This document shows positions 12,117 through 23,890 of a stretch of 64,000 bases of DNA, in pieces. Numbering within the stretch: the first letter of the stretch is position 1; each line of letters begins with the position of its first letter. The stretch lies in contig CATNEN010000007.1 of assembly GCA_950097015.1 (NCBI GenBank), positions 3,472,001 through 3,536,000 of the forward strand, read 5' to 3'. Source of the stretch: Macrostomum hystrix. Its lineage: Eukaryota; Animalia; Platyhelminthes. A program made the translations under genes and the position numbers. Under the pieces are notes generated by a model that had not been told where the DNA came from, ran no database searches, and saw only the letters and a program-made list of their open reading frames with translations.

Positions 12117-14819
12117 ATGCTTCCGAAAATCCCGCAGATTTCCCAGTCAGACCCAGCTGACATGAAGAACAGCGGAGGCTTCAGAGCCTGCCGTGAAACC
12201 TTCCCCACAGCACGACAACCGCTTACGCCAATCGTCGCGCACTTCAGCCCCCAACTGCAGGAGTGCCGTCGGGCATTGCGCGAGCTTTCGGCAGTCACGC
12301 TACCATCGAACAACCCGTCGAGAGTCTCGTTGAGCCCGCTGCAGCGGCAACAATCTGTAGACATAACGGAGCGCGACATTCGCCGGACCCTTGTCGAGCT
12401 CCGCTGCCGTCTTGCTCGAGATCTGGCGCCACTGCTGGAGGAGCCGCGCCTGGCCTCCCGCATCTGGCGTCGACAATTCGGCCGCGACTGCGACACGGGC
12501 GACGACTCGACGACGGAACTGGCCTCAACAAAAATCCGAGTGACGCCTGACATGCCTCCGGAGCCTGGTGACATTGTCGAGTTGCGCTACTACCTACTGC
12601 CGCACCTGGTGGTGGCCGAGACGGTCGAGCGAAATCTGGCGGACGGCCGTCCAAAGCTCCTGCGCGCAATTCACTACGGCCGGCCGGAACACTTCTCCAG
12701 CGTCCGTATCATACGCCAAGATTTCCAGCTGGACGGCGGCAGCGGTTGCGGCGCGTTTGTCCGACGCTTCCCGACTGCCGCTTGCCGGCCGGCCAGCGAG
12801 ACTGTCGAGCGAGCGCGCAGCTGCATCGGCCAGACAGGCCACTCGATGATCGGCAACAATGCCAGCCAGTTCGCCCGCTGGTGCAAGCTGCACTCCGCTG
12901 GCCAAGTCGTGCAGCGCTACGTCTCCCTGACTGCCTACGAAAACTACGCGGAACTGCGCGCCGGTGACCATATCGAATGGCCGGCCAGCGCTGCCATCCT
13001 GTCCACCGATGCCGTCCAATCATCACTCACAACGTCGGCTCCGGCGGGCTCAGTGCACGCTGAGGTTCGAGCCGTCGGTCGGCGGCACAACCTGCTGGCG
13101 CTGCGGCTGTTGATGTCGTCGAATTCGGTCAATGCGGCTCGGCTGGGGTTCGCTCACAGCCGCACTTTCGCTGGCCGATCGGAAAAGTGCCGGGTCAGCC
13201 GGCACCGGCTTGCGGTCGGACCAACTCCGGCGCTGCCGCTGGATCGTCTAACGCGTCGAGCCGACGCCTTTATTGGCGCCGTCTTCCAGACTGGCTCAGT
13301 GACGCCGCTGGCGTTTGCCGCCGAGCTGGCCGGCTCGCGAGATCCGCTGGCTGCGCTGGCGATGCCCGACGGCGCCACGGCCAGCGCCGCCGCCAACGTC
13401 AGCGGCGTTGAATCTGTTCAACTTAACGAGCTGCACATCGGCGACGTTGTTTCCTTCGACGGAGAGCCACCAGGTCTGGTGACAGGGTTGCAGCGGTCTG
13501 GAGACTCAGAGGACGGCTCGGCCATTGTGACCGTGACGCTGCTAATCTACTGTCACTCGCCAATCGATTCCGATCGCGAGCCAGTCCGAGAATTTCGCTG
13601 CTTTGTCGACTGTCGCAAAGCCGGCCAGCATCAGCGGATCCGAGTGTCGGTTCAGCATGGCGACGTCGCCTGCCCGCTAACGACGGCCAGCGTTCACTAC
13701 TTCGACGGCTACGCCGTTCAACGTGTTGTCTCCTTTGACCAGCTCGTGCCAGGCTGTGTCATCAGCTACCGGAAGCACGTCAGCGACATTGGCGTCGACG
13801 ACTCCGACGAGAATGATTTCGACGAGGATGACGACTGCCATCGGCTGGCGTTCCGGCATGCCGTTGTCGGCGACAGCGTCGGCGACGGTCGATCGAATTC
13901 GGAGGTGGCTCTCATCTACTTCTCGCCTGGCCTGGGCCACATTCGCCGAGTCCGACGATCGCTGGACCTGGCCAAGGATGAGGTCTTCATCGTCGAGTAC
14001 AACAATGGACGGGCGCGTCCGCTGGAGGAAAGCCTCGCTAGGGCGCTGCGTCGACTGAACGGCTGCGGCGGCTACACAGTCGACCAGCTGGAGGATGCGG
14101 AAGCCTGGCGGCTCGGAGCCAAGTACGACCTGCGGACCAACAACGGCCGGCAGTTCGCCCGCTGGTGCCGTCAGTGCGACCAATTCGACATCGACGCCGG
14201 TCCGCACGATCTGGACGCAGGCGGCGTTGAATGGCTTGAGGCGTGGCAGTCCAGGCTTTGGGTCCGTCAGCTGCCGGAGTCCAGCCAGCAGATGCGCTAC
14301 AGCCTGCACCGCTGCCTGCAGGTTATGGGCAAGTTCTCCGACACCAGCCCGCTGTCTGTCATGGCGCCGCTTCTGACCGCCTGCCTCTTCATCTGCTCTG
14401 CCGCTGACTCCGCTGTCGCCGCAGCCGCCGCCCAACACCAGCTGGCCGTCCGGCGTGCCCTCTGTCCGGGCTTCTTCTCGGCTCTGGCCGCCTCCGTCGC
14501 GGCTTTAGCGAATCCAACACCCAACACCACCGTCGTCGATGACACCGTAGGGGTCGGTGATGTCGACAGCAACCCCGATGAGGTCGGCGACAACAACAGC
14601 ACCAGCATCGTTGGCGGAGCTGACGGTGCCGACGTTCGAGAGGCTGGCAAATTTATCGACACCGATGAGGAGCCGGCGGACGTTCGCGCATTTCTGGTGT
14701 GCCTCGCCGCCTCAGTGTCGGGCGCAGCGCTTGACTTCGGCATGGACCGCGTCGGCGGTGGCAGCGGCGTCGGTTTCTCGAAACAGCTGGCGGATCTCAG
14801 GCAGTTTTTCCGACCATGA
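12117..14819 (+). CDS. Intronless ~900 aa protein with tandem LRAT/HRASLS-like (permuted NlpC/P60, 'NC') domains lacking the catalytic Cys
   Basis: Long non-repetitive, GC-rich ORF. Repeat 1 reads PGDIVELR..PHLVV..IHY...TVERARSCIG..HSMIGNNASQFARWC and repeat 4 reads PGCVISY..RHAVV...LARALRRL...YDLRTNNGRQFARWC. Both match the LRAT/NC pattern PGD..H..H..RA..G..Y.L..NCEHFA.WC. The start could be Met16 (12162). Confidence 0.8.
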   Translation: MLPKIPQISQSDPADMKNSGGFRACRETFPTARQPLTPIVAHFSPQLQECRRALRELSAVTLPSNNPSRVSLSPLQRQQSVDITERDIRRTLVELRCRLARDLAPLLEEPRLASRIWRRQFGRDCDTGDDSTTELASTKIRVTPDMPPEPGDIVELRYYLLPHLVVAETVERNLADGRPKLLRAIHYGRPEHFSSVRIIRQDFQLDGGSGCGAFVRRFPTAACRPASETVERARSCIGQTGHSMIGNNASQFARWCKLHSAGQVVQRYVSLTAYENYAELRAGDHIEWPASAAILSTDAVQSSLTTSAPAGSVHAEVRAVGRRHNLLALRLLMSSNSVNAARLGFAHSRTFAGRSEKCRVSRHRLAVGPTPALPLDRLTRRADAFIGAVFQTGSVTPLAFAAELAGSRDPLAALAMPDGATASAAANVSGVESVQLNELHIGDVVSFDGEPPGLVTGLQRSGDSEDGSAIVTVTLLIYCHSPIDSDREPVREFRCFVDCRKAGQHQRIRVSVQHGDVACPLTTASVHYFDGYAVQRVVSFDQLVPGCVISYRKHVSDIGVDDSDENDFDEDDDCHRLAFRHAVVGDSVGDGRSNSEVALIYFSPGLGHIRRVRRSLDLAKDEVFIVEYNNGRARPLEESLARALRRLNGCGGYTVDQLEDAEAWRLGAKYDLRTNNGRQFARWCRQCDQFDIDAGPHDLDAGGVEWLEAWQSRLWVRQLPESSQQMRYSLHRCLQVMGKFSDTSPLSVMAPLLTACLFICSAADSAVAAAAAQHQLAVRRALCPGFFSALAASVAALANPTPNTTVVDDTVGVGDVDSNPDEVGDNNSTSIVGGADGADVREAGKFIDTDEEPADVRAFLVCLAASVSGAALDFGMDRVGGGSGVGFSKQLADLRQFFRP

Positions 14820-15194
14820 GTCACGTGACCGATTTGATGGCCTGACGCGTTCTTTATTAGAGTGCTACGCTTGACCTATTCGATAGCACAAAAATATTTT
14901 TTCGTTCGTACATTTTTGCCTACTAATCAGTAGTATACTGCGCTGTCATCCTTCTCCCATTAGGCAGGTATCAAAGTAACAGAAGTAGAAAACGCTCACA
15001 TTTCTAAAAATAGATCCGCACTGATTTTTCTGCAGCCCTCTGCGCACTTTATTCTAATTGATTTTTCTGTTCGCTATAAAACATTTCGACCGGCTTAGTT
15101 AGCTGTGGCATTTTTACTAAGTAACAGAATTCAATACCGACTGCTTGTGTTTCGTTTAGGCCTTTAGCATGGTATCCAGGTCGTTGCCGTGCAA

Positions 15195-15790
15195 GGATAG
15201 AAGTGTGAGAAAATCGAGGATAGAAGGGTGAGAAAATGGAGGATGGAAGGGTGAGAAAATGGAGGATAGAAGTGTGAGAAAATGGATGATGGAAGGGTGA
15301 GAAAATGGATGATGGAAGGGTGAGAAAATGGACGATAGAATGGTGAGAAAATGGAGGATAGAAGGGTGAGAAAATTGAGGATAGAAGGGTGAGAAAATGG
15401 AGGATAGAAGGGTGACAAAATGGAGGATAGAAGAGTGAGAAAATGGAGGATAGAAGGGTGAGAAAATTGAGGATAGAAGCGTGAGAAAATGGAGGATAGA
15501 AGGGTGAGAAAATGGAGGATAGAAGGGTGAGAAAATGGAGGATAGAAGCGTGAGAAAATGGAGGATAGAAGGGTGAGAAAATGGATGATGGAAGGGTGAG
15601 AAAATGGAGGATAGAAGCGTGAGAAAATGGAGGATAGAAGGGTGAGAAAATGGATGATGGAAGGGTGAGAAAATGGAGGATAGAAGGGTGAGAAAATGGA
15701 GGATAGAAGCGTGAGAAAATGGAGGATAGAAGGGTGAGAAAACGGAGGATAGAAGGGGTAGAAATCCTAGACTGGATGGTGAGAAAATTG
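15195..15790. repeat. 23-bp purine-rich minisatellite (TGGAGGATAGAAGGGTGAGAAAA)n
   Basis: About 25 copies, degenerating at the right end. Confidence 0.93.
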
Positions 15791-16267
15791 AAAAAATTGG
15801 TGTGGGAAAATGAAAGATAGAATGGTGAAAATGAAAGTAAAATGGTAAGAAGATGGAAGATAGAAGGTTAGTTTAGTTTAGCAGCTCAGCAGCAAGGCTC
15901 TGGTGGTGCAGCACCCGGTCAGATCCGAGAGGAGGCTGACGCGGAGTCAGCGGAGACCCATGAGAACGGCAAAACGGCTAGGGAGGGGCAGAGAGTGGAG
16001 CGGGGTCTAATTAGGCGTCAGAGGGTTGTGGCAGACGTCAGTCGGTAGGACTGGCGGCCCTAATCAGTAGCGAAGCGAGACAGACCATGTGATATTCTTT
16101 CCTATCCTAGTCACGACTCTGCTAGTGATTTAGATTTGAAGAATCAAAAAAATCTGCGGTCCCAGGTGTACTCAGCCGCGACTTCAGTTCGAGGCAATTA
16201 AAATTCTGATCAGTTCCAATTTGCTACATAAAATTAGTTTTCGACGAGATTTCCTCGAAACCCCGAA

Positions 16268-19200
16268 GATTGTAAACACACAGCTTGTAAACCCACAGCT
16301 TGTAAACCCACAGCTTGTAAACCTAAAGCTTGTAAACCCACAGCTTGTAAACCCGCAGCTTGTAAACCTAAAGCTTGTCAACCTAAAGCTTGTAAACCTA
16401 AAGTTTGTAAACCTAAAGCTTGTAAACCCACAGCTTGTAAACCCACAGCTTGTAAACCCACAGCTTGTAAACCCCGAAGATTGTAAACCCACAGCTTGTA
16501 AACCCACAGCTTGTAAACCCACAGCTTGTAAACCCCGAAGATTGTAAACCCACAGCTTGTAAACCCACAGCTTGTAAACCCACAGCTTGTAAACCTAAAG
16601 CTTGTAAACCCACAGCTTGTAAACCTAAAACTTGTAAACCCACAGCTTGTTAACCCACAACTTGTAAACCCACAGCTTGTAAACCCATAGCTTGTAAACC
16701 CACAGCTTGTAATCCCACAGCTTGCAATCCCACAGCTTGTAAACCCACAGCTTGTAAACCTAAAACTTGTAAACCCACAGCTTGTAAACCCACAACTTGT
16801 AAACCCACAGCTTGTAAACCCACAGCTTGTAAACATAAAGCTTGTAAACCCACAGCTTGTAAACCCACAGCTTGTAAACCCACAGCTTGTAAACCCACAG
16901 CTTGTAAACCCACAGTTTGTAAACCCACAGCTTATAAACCCAACAGCTTGTAAACCCACAGCTTGTAAACCCACAGCTTGTAAACCCACAGCTTGTAAAC
17001 CCACAGCTTGTAAACCCACAGCTTGTAAACCCACAGCTTGTAAACCCCGAAGATTGTAAACCCACAGCTTGTAAACCCACAGCTTGTAAACCCACAGCTT
17101 GTAAACCGACAGCTTGTAAACCCACAGCTTGTAAACCCACAGCTTGTAAACCCCGAAGATTGTAAACCCACAGCTTGTAAACCCACAGCTTGTAAACCCA
17201 CAGCTTGTAAACCCACAGCTTGTAAACCCACAGCTTGTAAACCCCGAAGATTGTAAACCCACAGCTTGTAAACCTACAGCTTGTAAACCCACAGCTTGTA
17301 AACCTAAAGCTTGTAAACCCACAGCTTGTAAACCCATAGCTTGTAAACCCACAGCTTGTAATCCCACAGCTTGCAATCCCACAGCTTGTTAACCCACAGC
17401 TTGTAAACCTAAAACTTGTAAACCCACAGCTTGTAAACCCACAACTTGTAAACCCACAGCTTGTAAACCCACAGCTTGTAAACCCACAGCTTGTAAACCC
17501 ACAGCTTGTAAACTTACAGCTTGTAAACCCACAGCTTGTAAACCGACAGCTTGTAAACCCACAGCTTGTAAACCCACAGCTTGTAAACCCCGAAGATTGT
17601 AAACCCACAGCTTGTAAACCCACAGCTTGTAAACCTAAAGCTTGTAAACCCGCAGCTTGTAATCCCACAGCTTGCAATCCCACAGCTTGTAAACCCACAG
17701 CTTGTAAACCTAAAACTTGTAAACCCACAGCTTGTAAACCCACAACTTGTAAACCCACAGCTTGTAAACCCACAGCTTGTAAACCGACAGCTTGTAAACC
17801 TAAAGCTTGTAAACCCACAGCTTGTAAACCGACAGCTTGTAAACCCACAGCTTGTAAACCCACAGCTTGTAAACCCCGAAGATTGTAAACCCACAGCTTG
17901 TAAACCCACAGCTTGTAAACCTAAAGCTTGTAAACCCGCAGCTTGTAATCCCACAGCTTGCAATCCCACAGCTTGTAAACCCACAGCTTGTAAACCTAAA
18001 ACTTGTAAACCCACAGCTTGTAAACCCACAACTTGTAAACCCACAGCTTGTAAACCCACAGCTTGTAAACCGACAGCTTGTAAACCTAAAGCTTGTAAAC
18101 CCACAGCTTGTAAACCCACAGCTTGTAAACCCACAGCTTGTAAACCCCGAAGATTGTAAACCCACAGCTTGTAAACCCACAGCTTGTAAACCCACAGCTT
18201 GTAAACCGACAGCTTGTAAACCCACAGCTTGTAAACCCACAGCTTGTAAACCCCGAAGATTGTAAACCCACAGCTTGTAAACCCACAGCTTGTAAACCCA
18301 CAGCTTGTAAACCCACAGCTTGTAAACCCACAGCTTGTAAACCCCGAAGATTGTAAACCCACAGCTTGTAAACCTACAGCTTGTAAACCCACAGCTTGTA
18401 AACCTAAAGCTTGTAAACCCACAGCTTGTAAACCCATAGCTTGTAAACCCACAGCTTGTAATCCCACAGCTTGCAATCCCACAGCTTGTTAACCCACAGC
18501 TTGTAAACCTAAAACTTGTAAACCCACAGCTTGTAAACCCACAACTTGTAAACCCACAGCTTGTAAACCCACAGCTTGTAAACCCACAGCTTGTAAACCC
18601 ACAGCTTGTAAACTTACAGCTTGTAAACCCACAGCTTGTAAACCGACAGCTTGTAAACCCACAGCTTGTAAACCCACAGCTTGTAAACCCCGAAGATTGT
18701 AAACCCACAGCTTGTAAACCCACAGCTTGTAAACCTAAAGCTTGTAAACCCGCAGCTTGTAATCCCACAGCTTGCAATCCCACAGCTTGTAAACCCACAG
18801 CTTGTAAACCTAAAACTTGTAAACCCACAGCTTGTAAACCCACAACTTGTAAACCCACAGCTTGTAAACCCACAGCTTGTAAACCGACAGCTTGTAAACC
18901 TAAAGCTTGTAAACCCACAGCTTGTAAACCGACAGCTTGTAAACCCACAGCTTGTAAACCCACAGCTTGTAAACCCCGAAGATTGTAAACCCACAGCTTG
19001 TAAACCCACAGCTTGTAAACCTAAAGCTTGTAAACCCGCAGCTTGTAATCCCACAGCTTGCAATCCCACAGCTTGTAAACCCACAGCTTGTAAACCTAAA
19101 ACTTGTAAACCCACAGCTTGTAAACCCACAACTTGTAAACCCACAGCTTGTAAACCCACAGCTTGTAAACCGACAGCTTGTAAACCTAAAGCTTGTAAAC

Positions 19201-21090
19201 CCACAGCTTGTAAACCCACAGCTTGTAAACCCACAGCTTGTAAACCCACAGCTTGTAAACCCACAGCTTGTAAACCCACAGCTTGTAAACCCACAGCTTG
19301 TAAACCCACAGCTTGTAAACCCACAGCTTGTAAACCTTAAGCTTGTAAACCTAAAGCTTGTAAACCCACAGCTTGTAAACCCACAGCTTGTAAACCTAAA
19401 GCTTGTAAACCCACAGCTTGTAAACCCGCAGCTTGTAAACCTAAAGCTTGTAAACCCGCAGCTTGTAAACCTAAAGCTTGTAAACCCACAGCTTGTAAAC
19501 CCCGAAGATTGTAAACCCACAGCTTGTAAACCCACAGCTTGTAAACCCACAGCTTGTAAACCTAAAGCTTGTAAACCCACAGCTTGTAAACCTAAAACTT
19601 GTAAACCCACAGCTTGTAAACCCACAACTTGTAAACCCACAGCTTGTAAACCCATAGCTTGTAAACCCACAGCTTGTAATCCCACAGCTTGCAATCCCAC
19701 AGCTTGTAAACCCACAGCTTGTAAACCTAAAACTTGTAAACCCACAGCTTGTAAACCCACAACTTGTAAACCCACAGCTTGTAAACCCACAGCTTGTAAA
19801 CATAAAGCTTGTAAACCCACAGCTTGTAAACCCACAGCTTGTAAACCCACAGCTTGTAAACCCACAGCTTGTAAACCCACAGTTTGTAAACCCACAGCTT
19901 ATAAACCCAACAGCTTGTAAACCCACAGCTTGTAAACCCACAGCTTGTAAACCCACAGCTTGTAAACCCACAGCTTGTAAACCCACAGCTTGTAAACCCA
20001 CAGCTTGTAAACCCCGAAGATTGTAAACCCACAGCTTGTAAACCCACAGCTTGTAAACCCACAGCTTGTAAACCGACAGCTTGTAAACCCACAGCTTGTA
20101 AACCCACAGCTTGTAAACCCCGAAGATTGTAAACCCACAGCTTGTAAACCCACAGCTTGTAAACCCACAGCTTGTAAACCCACAGCTTGTAAACCCCGAA
20201 GATTGTAAACCCACAGCTTGTAAACCTACAGCTTGTAAACCCACAGCTTGTAAACCTAAAGCTTGTAAACCCACAGCTTGTAAACCCATAGCTTGTAAAC
20301 CCACAGCTTGTAATCCCACAGCTTGCAATCCCACAGCTTGTTAACCCACAGCTTGTAAACCTAAAACTTGTAAACCCACAGCTTGTAAACCCACAACTTG
20401 TAAACCCACAGCTTGTAAACCCACAGCTTGTAAACCCACAGCTTGTAAACCCACAGCTTGTAAACCCACAGCTTGTAAACCCACAGCTTGTAAACCGACA
20501 GCTTGTAAACCCACAGCTTGTAAACCCACAGCTTGTAAACCCCGAAGATTGTAAACCCACAGCTTGTAAACCCACAGCTTGTAAACCTAAAGCTTGTAAA
20601 CCCGCAGCTTGTAATCCCACAGCTTGCAATCCCACAGCTTGTAAACCCACAGCTTGTAAACCTAAAACTTGTAAACCCACAGCTTGTAAACCCACAACTT
20701 GTAAACCCACAGCTTGTAAACCCACAGCTTGTAAACCGACAGCTTGTAAACCTAAAGCTTGTAAACCCACAGCTTGTAAACCCACAGCTTGTAAACCCAC
20801 AGCTTGTAAACCCACAGCTTGTAAACCCACAGCTTGTAAACCCACAGCTTGTAAACCCACAGCTTGTAAACCCACAGCTTGTAAACCCACAGCTTGTAAA
20901 CCTAAAGCTTGTAAACCCACAGCTTGTAAACCCACAGCTTGTAAACCTAAAGCTTGTAAACCCACAGCTTGTAAACCCGCAGCTTGTAAACCTAAAGCTT
21001 GTAAACCCGCAGCTTGTAAACCTAAAGCTTGTAAACCCGCAGCTTGTAAACCTAAAGCTTGTAAACCCACAGCTTGCAATCCTAAAGCTT
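16268..21090. repeat. 15-bp satellite (GCTTGTAAACCCACA)n with 16-bp variant TTGTAAACCCCGAAGA and higher-order duplications
   Basis: About 320 units. It produces the GLQAV/GFTSC/VYKLW ORFs. Confidence 0.97.
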
Positions 21091-21744
21091 GTAGTATATT
21101 TGTAACAAAAGATACTCCTAGCATTTTCTTCATCTCAAATTACAGCCCCATCAAGTGTAATGACAGCTTTCTAAATGTTGCACTAGGAACCCAATGCAGC
21201 GCCACTAAGTGACGTCAAGCAAAAAGAGGCTAGACAGAAAAGTGCAGAAAAAAAATTGTAAGACAAAAATGCTTGCCTCATTGCAGTGCAAGGTCGACAG
21301 CAAAATCTTTGACGCACAGCTAAAATGGCAGCATCTACACACCTGAAAGCTAATTAAAAATGAGACAGGTAGACAGGTCGGGCCGACACAATCAGCTTCG
21401 CATCTTTCTAACCCTCTTAATTTATTATTCTATATTATATAAAATATATTCTCGACTAGCACAATACGAGATGATTAAAAATAAGTGACCATTATTACTG
21501 TGAGCATTCATTCATTTGCACTTACTATTCAATAGGGATTAAGAAGGCCAGAATGTATGGACTTAGTGACGCACCGCTAACTATCATTAAAGTCTGCTCC
21601 TGATGCTGTGTGAGCATGAATAAATTAACTAAATCTATATATTTCATACTTTGCGTTTCCATATCTAAGACGAAAAATATACCTGGTTGAGAACTTCGTC
21701 AAGTTCATGACTTGCTTCAACAATAACAATAAGTTTGGGAAGAC

Positions 21745-22185
21745 TAGTAGGAGAGCGGCCCTGAAGGACTACCGGGAGAGCGGTCCTGAAGGACTAGCGG
21801 GAAAGCGGTCCTGAAGGACTAGCGGGAGAGAGGTCCTGAAGGACTAGCGGGAGAGAGGTCCTGAAGGACTAGCGGGAGAGCGGTCCTGAAGGACTAGCGG
21901 GAGAGAGGTCCTGAAGGACTACCGGGAGAGCGGTCCTGAAGGACTAGCGGGAGAGCGGTCCTGAAGGAATAGCGGGAGAGAGGTCCTGAAGGACTAGCGG
22001 GAGAGAGGTCCTGAAGGACTAGCGGGAGAGAGGTCCTGAAGGACTAGCGGGAGAGAGGTCCTGAAGGACTGGCGGGAGAGCGGTTCTGAAGGACTGGCAG
22101 GAGTCCTGAAGGACTAGTGGGAGAGCGGGAGAGCGGTCCTGAAGGACTGGCGGGAGAGCGGTTCTGAAGGACTAGTGGCAGCGGA
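21745..22185. repeat. 25-bp minisatellite (GGACTAGCGGGAGAG[A/C]GGTCCTGAA)n
   Basis: About 17 copies; each junction contains the inverted repeat GTCCT-GA-AGGAC. Confidence 0.92.
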
Positions 22186-22883
22186 AAGTAAGTAAATGAA
22201 TAATAACACGCAAAGAATTATATTCGCAGAGTTTCAAAATCACATTGAAAGCCACAAACAAAGCGTCAACAAGGTATTGTTTAAATAAAAAACTACATTT
22301 TATTTTTATCGATTCTAAGAATCGATTATTGTGGGGAAATCTCCCCTATAGGCCGAACAACTGAAGCAATGCTTACATTACAATCGCATATGATTGTATA
22401 TAACTACACACTTTCACTGCTAACAAGTTAAATTAAGATCACACAAAGTCGATGCATTGGAAATATCAATATAAAATTGAGACAACAAAACAAACACATG
22501 AAAGTCCAGAAAGCAGATACCATCAATAAGATCAGGAATGATTCACTGTTAATTACGAGATTGAATCACGAAATTTCACTACTGACAAATAAACTTCCAT
22601 TGCAATAATTCCGGCTAAAACTATAATTATCAAGAACGCGGCATCACGAAAGCTTCTTATATGTAATTTGCGGAATCTGTGCATTCAGACTACAGATAAT
22701 ATATAAGCAAAAACTACGAGTATGATACAAGAACAAGAGATCATAATCTTAGTACATCATAGAAGTGGAGCAACAGAACAACATGCGATCGAAAATTGTA
22801 GTACGAGCGTAATATATAGTTATAATACGCGTGGAAAACAATTGAGATGTAACTTCCATTTCAGGGTCAATGAGAGAGAATTT

Positions 22884-23865
22884 AGTGACTCATCGACAGA
22901 GAGTGACTCATCGACAGAGAGTGACTCATCGACAGAGAGTGACTCATCGACAGAGAGTGACTCATCGACAGAGAGTGACTCATCGACAAAGAGTGACTCA
23001 TCGACAGAGAGTGACTCATCGACAGAGAGTGACTCATCGACAGAGAGTGACTCATCGACAGAGAGTGACTCATCGACAAAGAGTGACTCATCGACAGAGA
23101 GTGACTCATCGACAGAGAGTGACTCATCGACAGAGAGTGACTCATCGACAGAGAGTGACTCATCGACAGAGAGTGACTCATCGACAGAGAGTGACTCATC
23201 GACAGAGAGTGACTCATCGACAGAGAGTGACTCATCGACAGAGAGTGACTCATCGACAGAGAGTGACTCATCGACAGAGAGTGACTCATCGACAGAGAGT
23301 GACTCATCGACAGAGAGTGACTCATCGACAGAGAGTGACTCATCGACAGAGAGTGACTCATCGACAGAGAGTGACTCATCGACAGAGAGTGACTCATCGA
23401 CAGAGAGTGACTCATCGACAGAGAGTGACTCATCGACAGAGAGTGACTCATCGACAGAGAGTGACTCATCGACAGAGAGTGACTCATCGACAGAGAGTGA
23501 CTCATCGACAGAGAGTGACCCATCGACAGAGAGTGACTCATCGACAGAGAGTGACTCATCGACAGAGAGTGACTCACTGAGAGGGTGACTCATCGACAGA
23601 GAGTGACTCATCGACAGAGAGTGACTCATCGACAGAGAGTGACTCATCGACAGAGAGTGACTCATCGACAGAGAGTGACTCATCGACAGAGAGTGACCCA
23701 TCGACAGAGAGTGACTCATCGACAGAGAGTGACTCACTGAGAGGGTGACCCACTGAGAGAGTGACTCACTAAAAGGGTGACTCACTGAGAGAGTGACTCA
23801 CTAAAAGGGTGACTCACTGAGAGGGTGACTCACTAAAAGGGCGACTCACTGAGACAGTGACTCAA
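22884..23865. repeat. 18-bp minisatellite (GTGACTCATCGACAGAGA)n
   Basis: About 54 units, highly homogeneous; begins about 30 nt after the kelch stop codon. Confidence 0.97.
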
Positions 23866-23890
23866 TGACAGAAGCGAGTGGTTCAACCAA

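Noticed and set aside
12104-14874. Short overlapping and antisense ORFs within the 900-aa gene
   Set aside because: Shadow frames of GC-rich coding sequence. The same applies to antisense ORFs over the kelch, iGluR and BCL11 exons.
16268-21090. Forkhead binding-site array
   Set aside because: Units read GTAAACC, not the RYAAAYA consensus GTAAACA.
16184-21133. Many minus-strand ORFs (GLQAV, GFTSC, VYKLW repeats)
   Set aside because: Translations of the 15-bp satellite in all frames.
21745-22185. CRISPR array (palindromic repeat)
   Set aside because: No unique spacers, no cas genes, eukaryotic context. The same applies to all other arrays here.
22722-23588. (SDSSTE)n ORF resembling DSPP-type phosphoproteins
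   Set aside because: Open in several frames on both strands because of the 18-bp repeat; no signal peptide; synonymous positions not varied.
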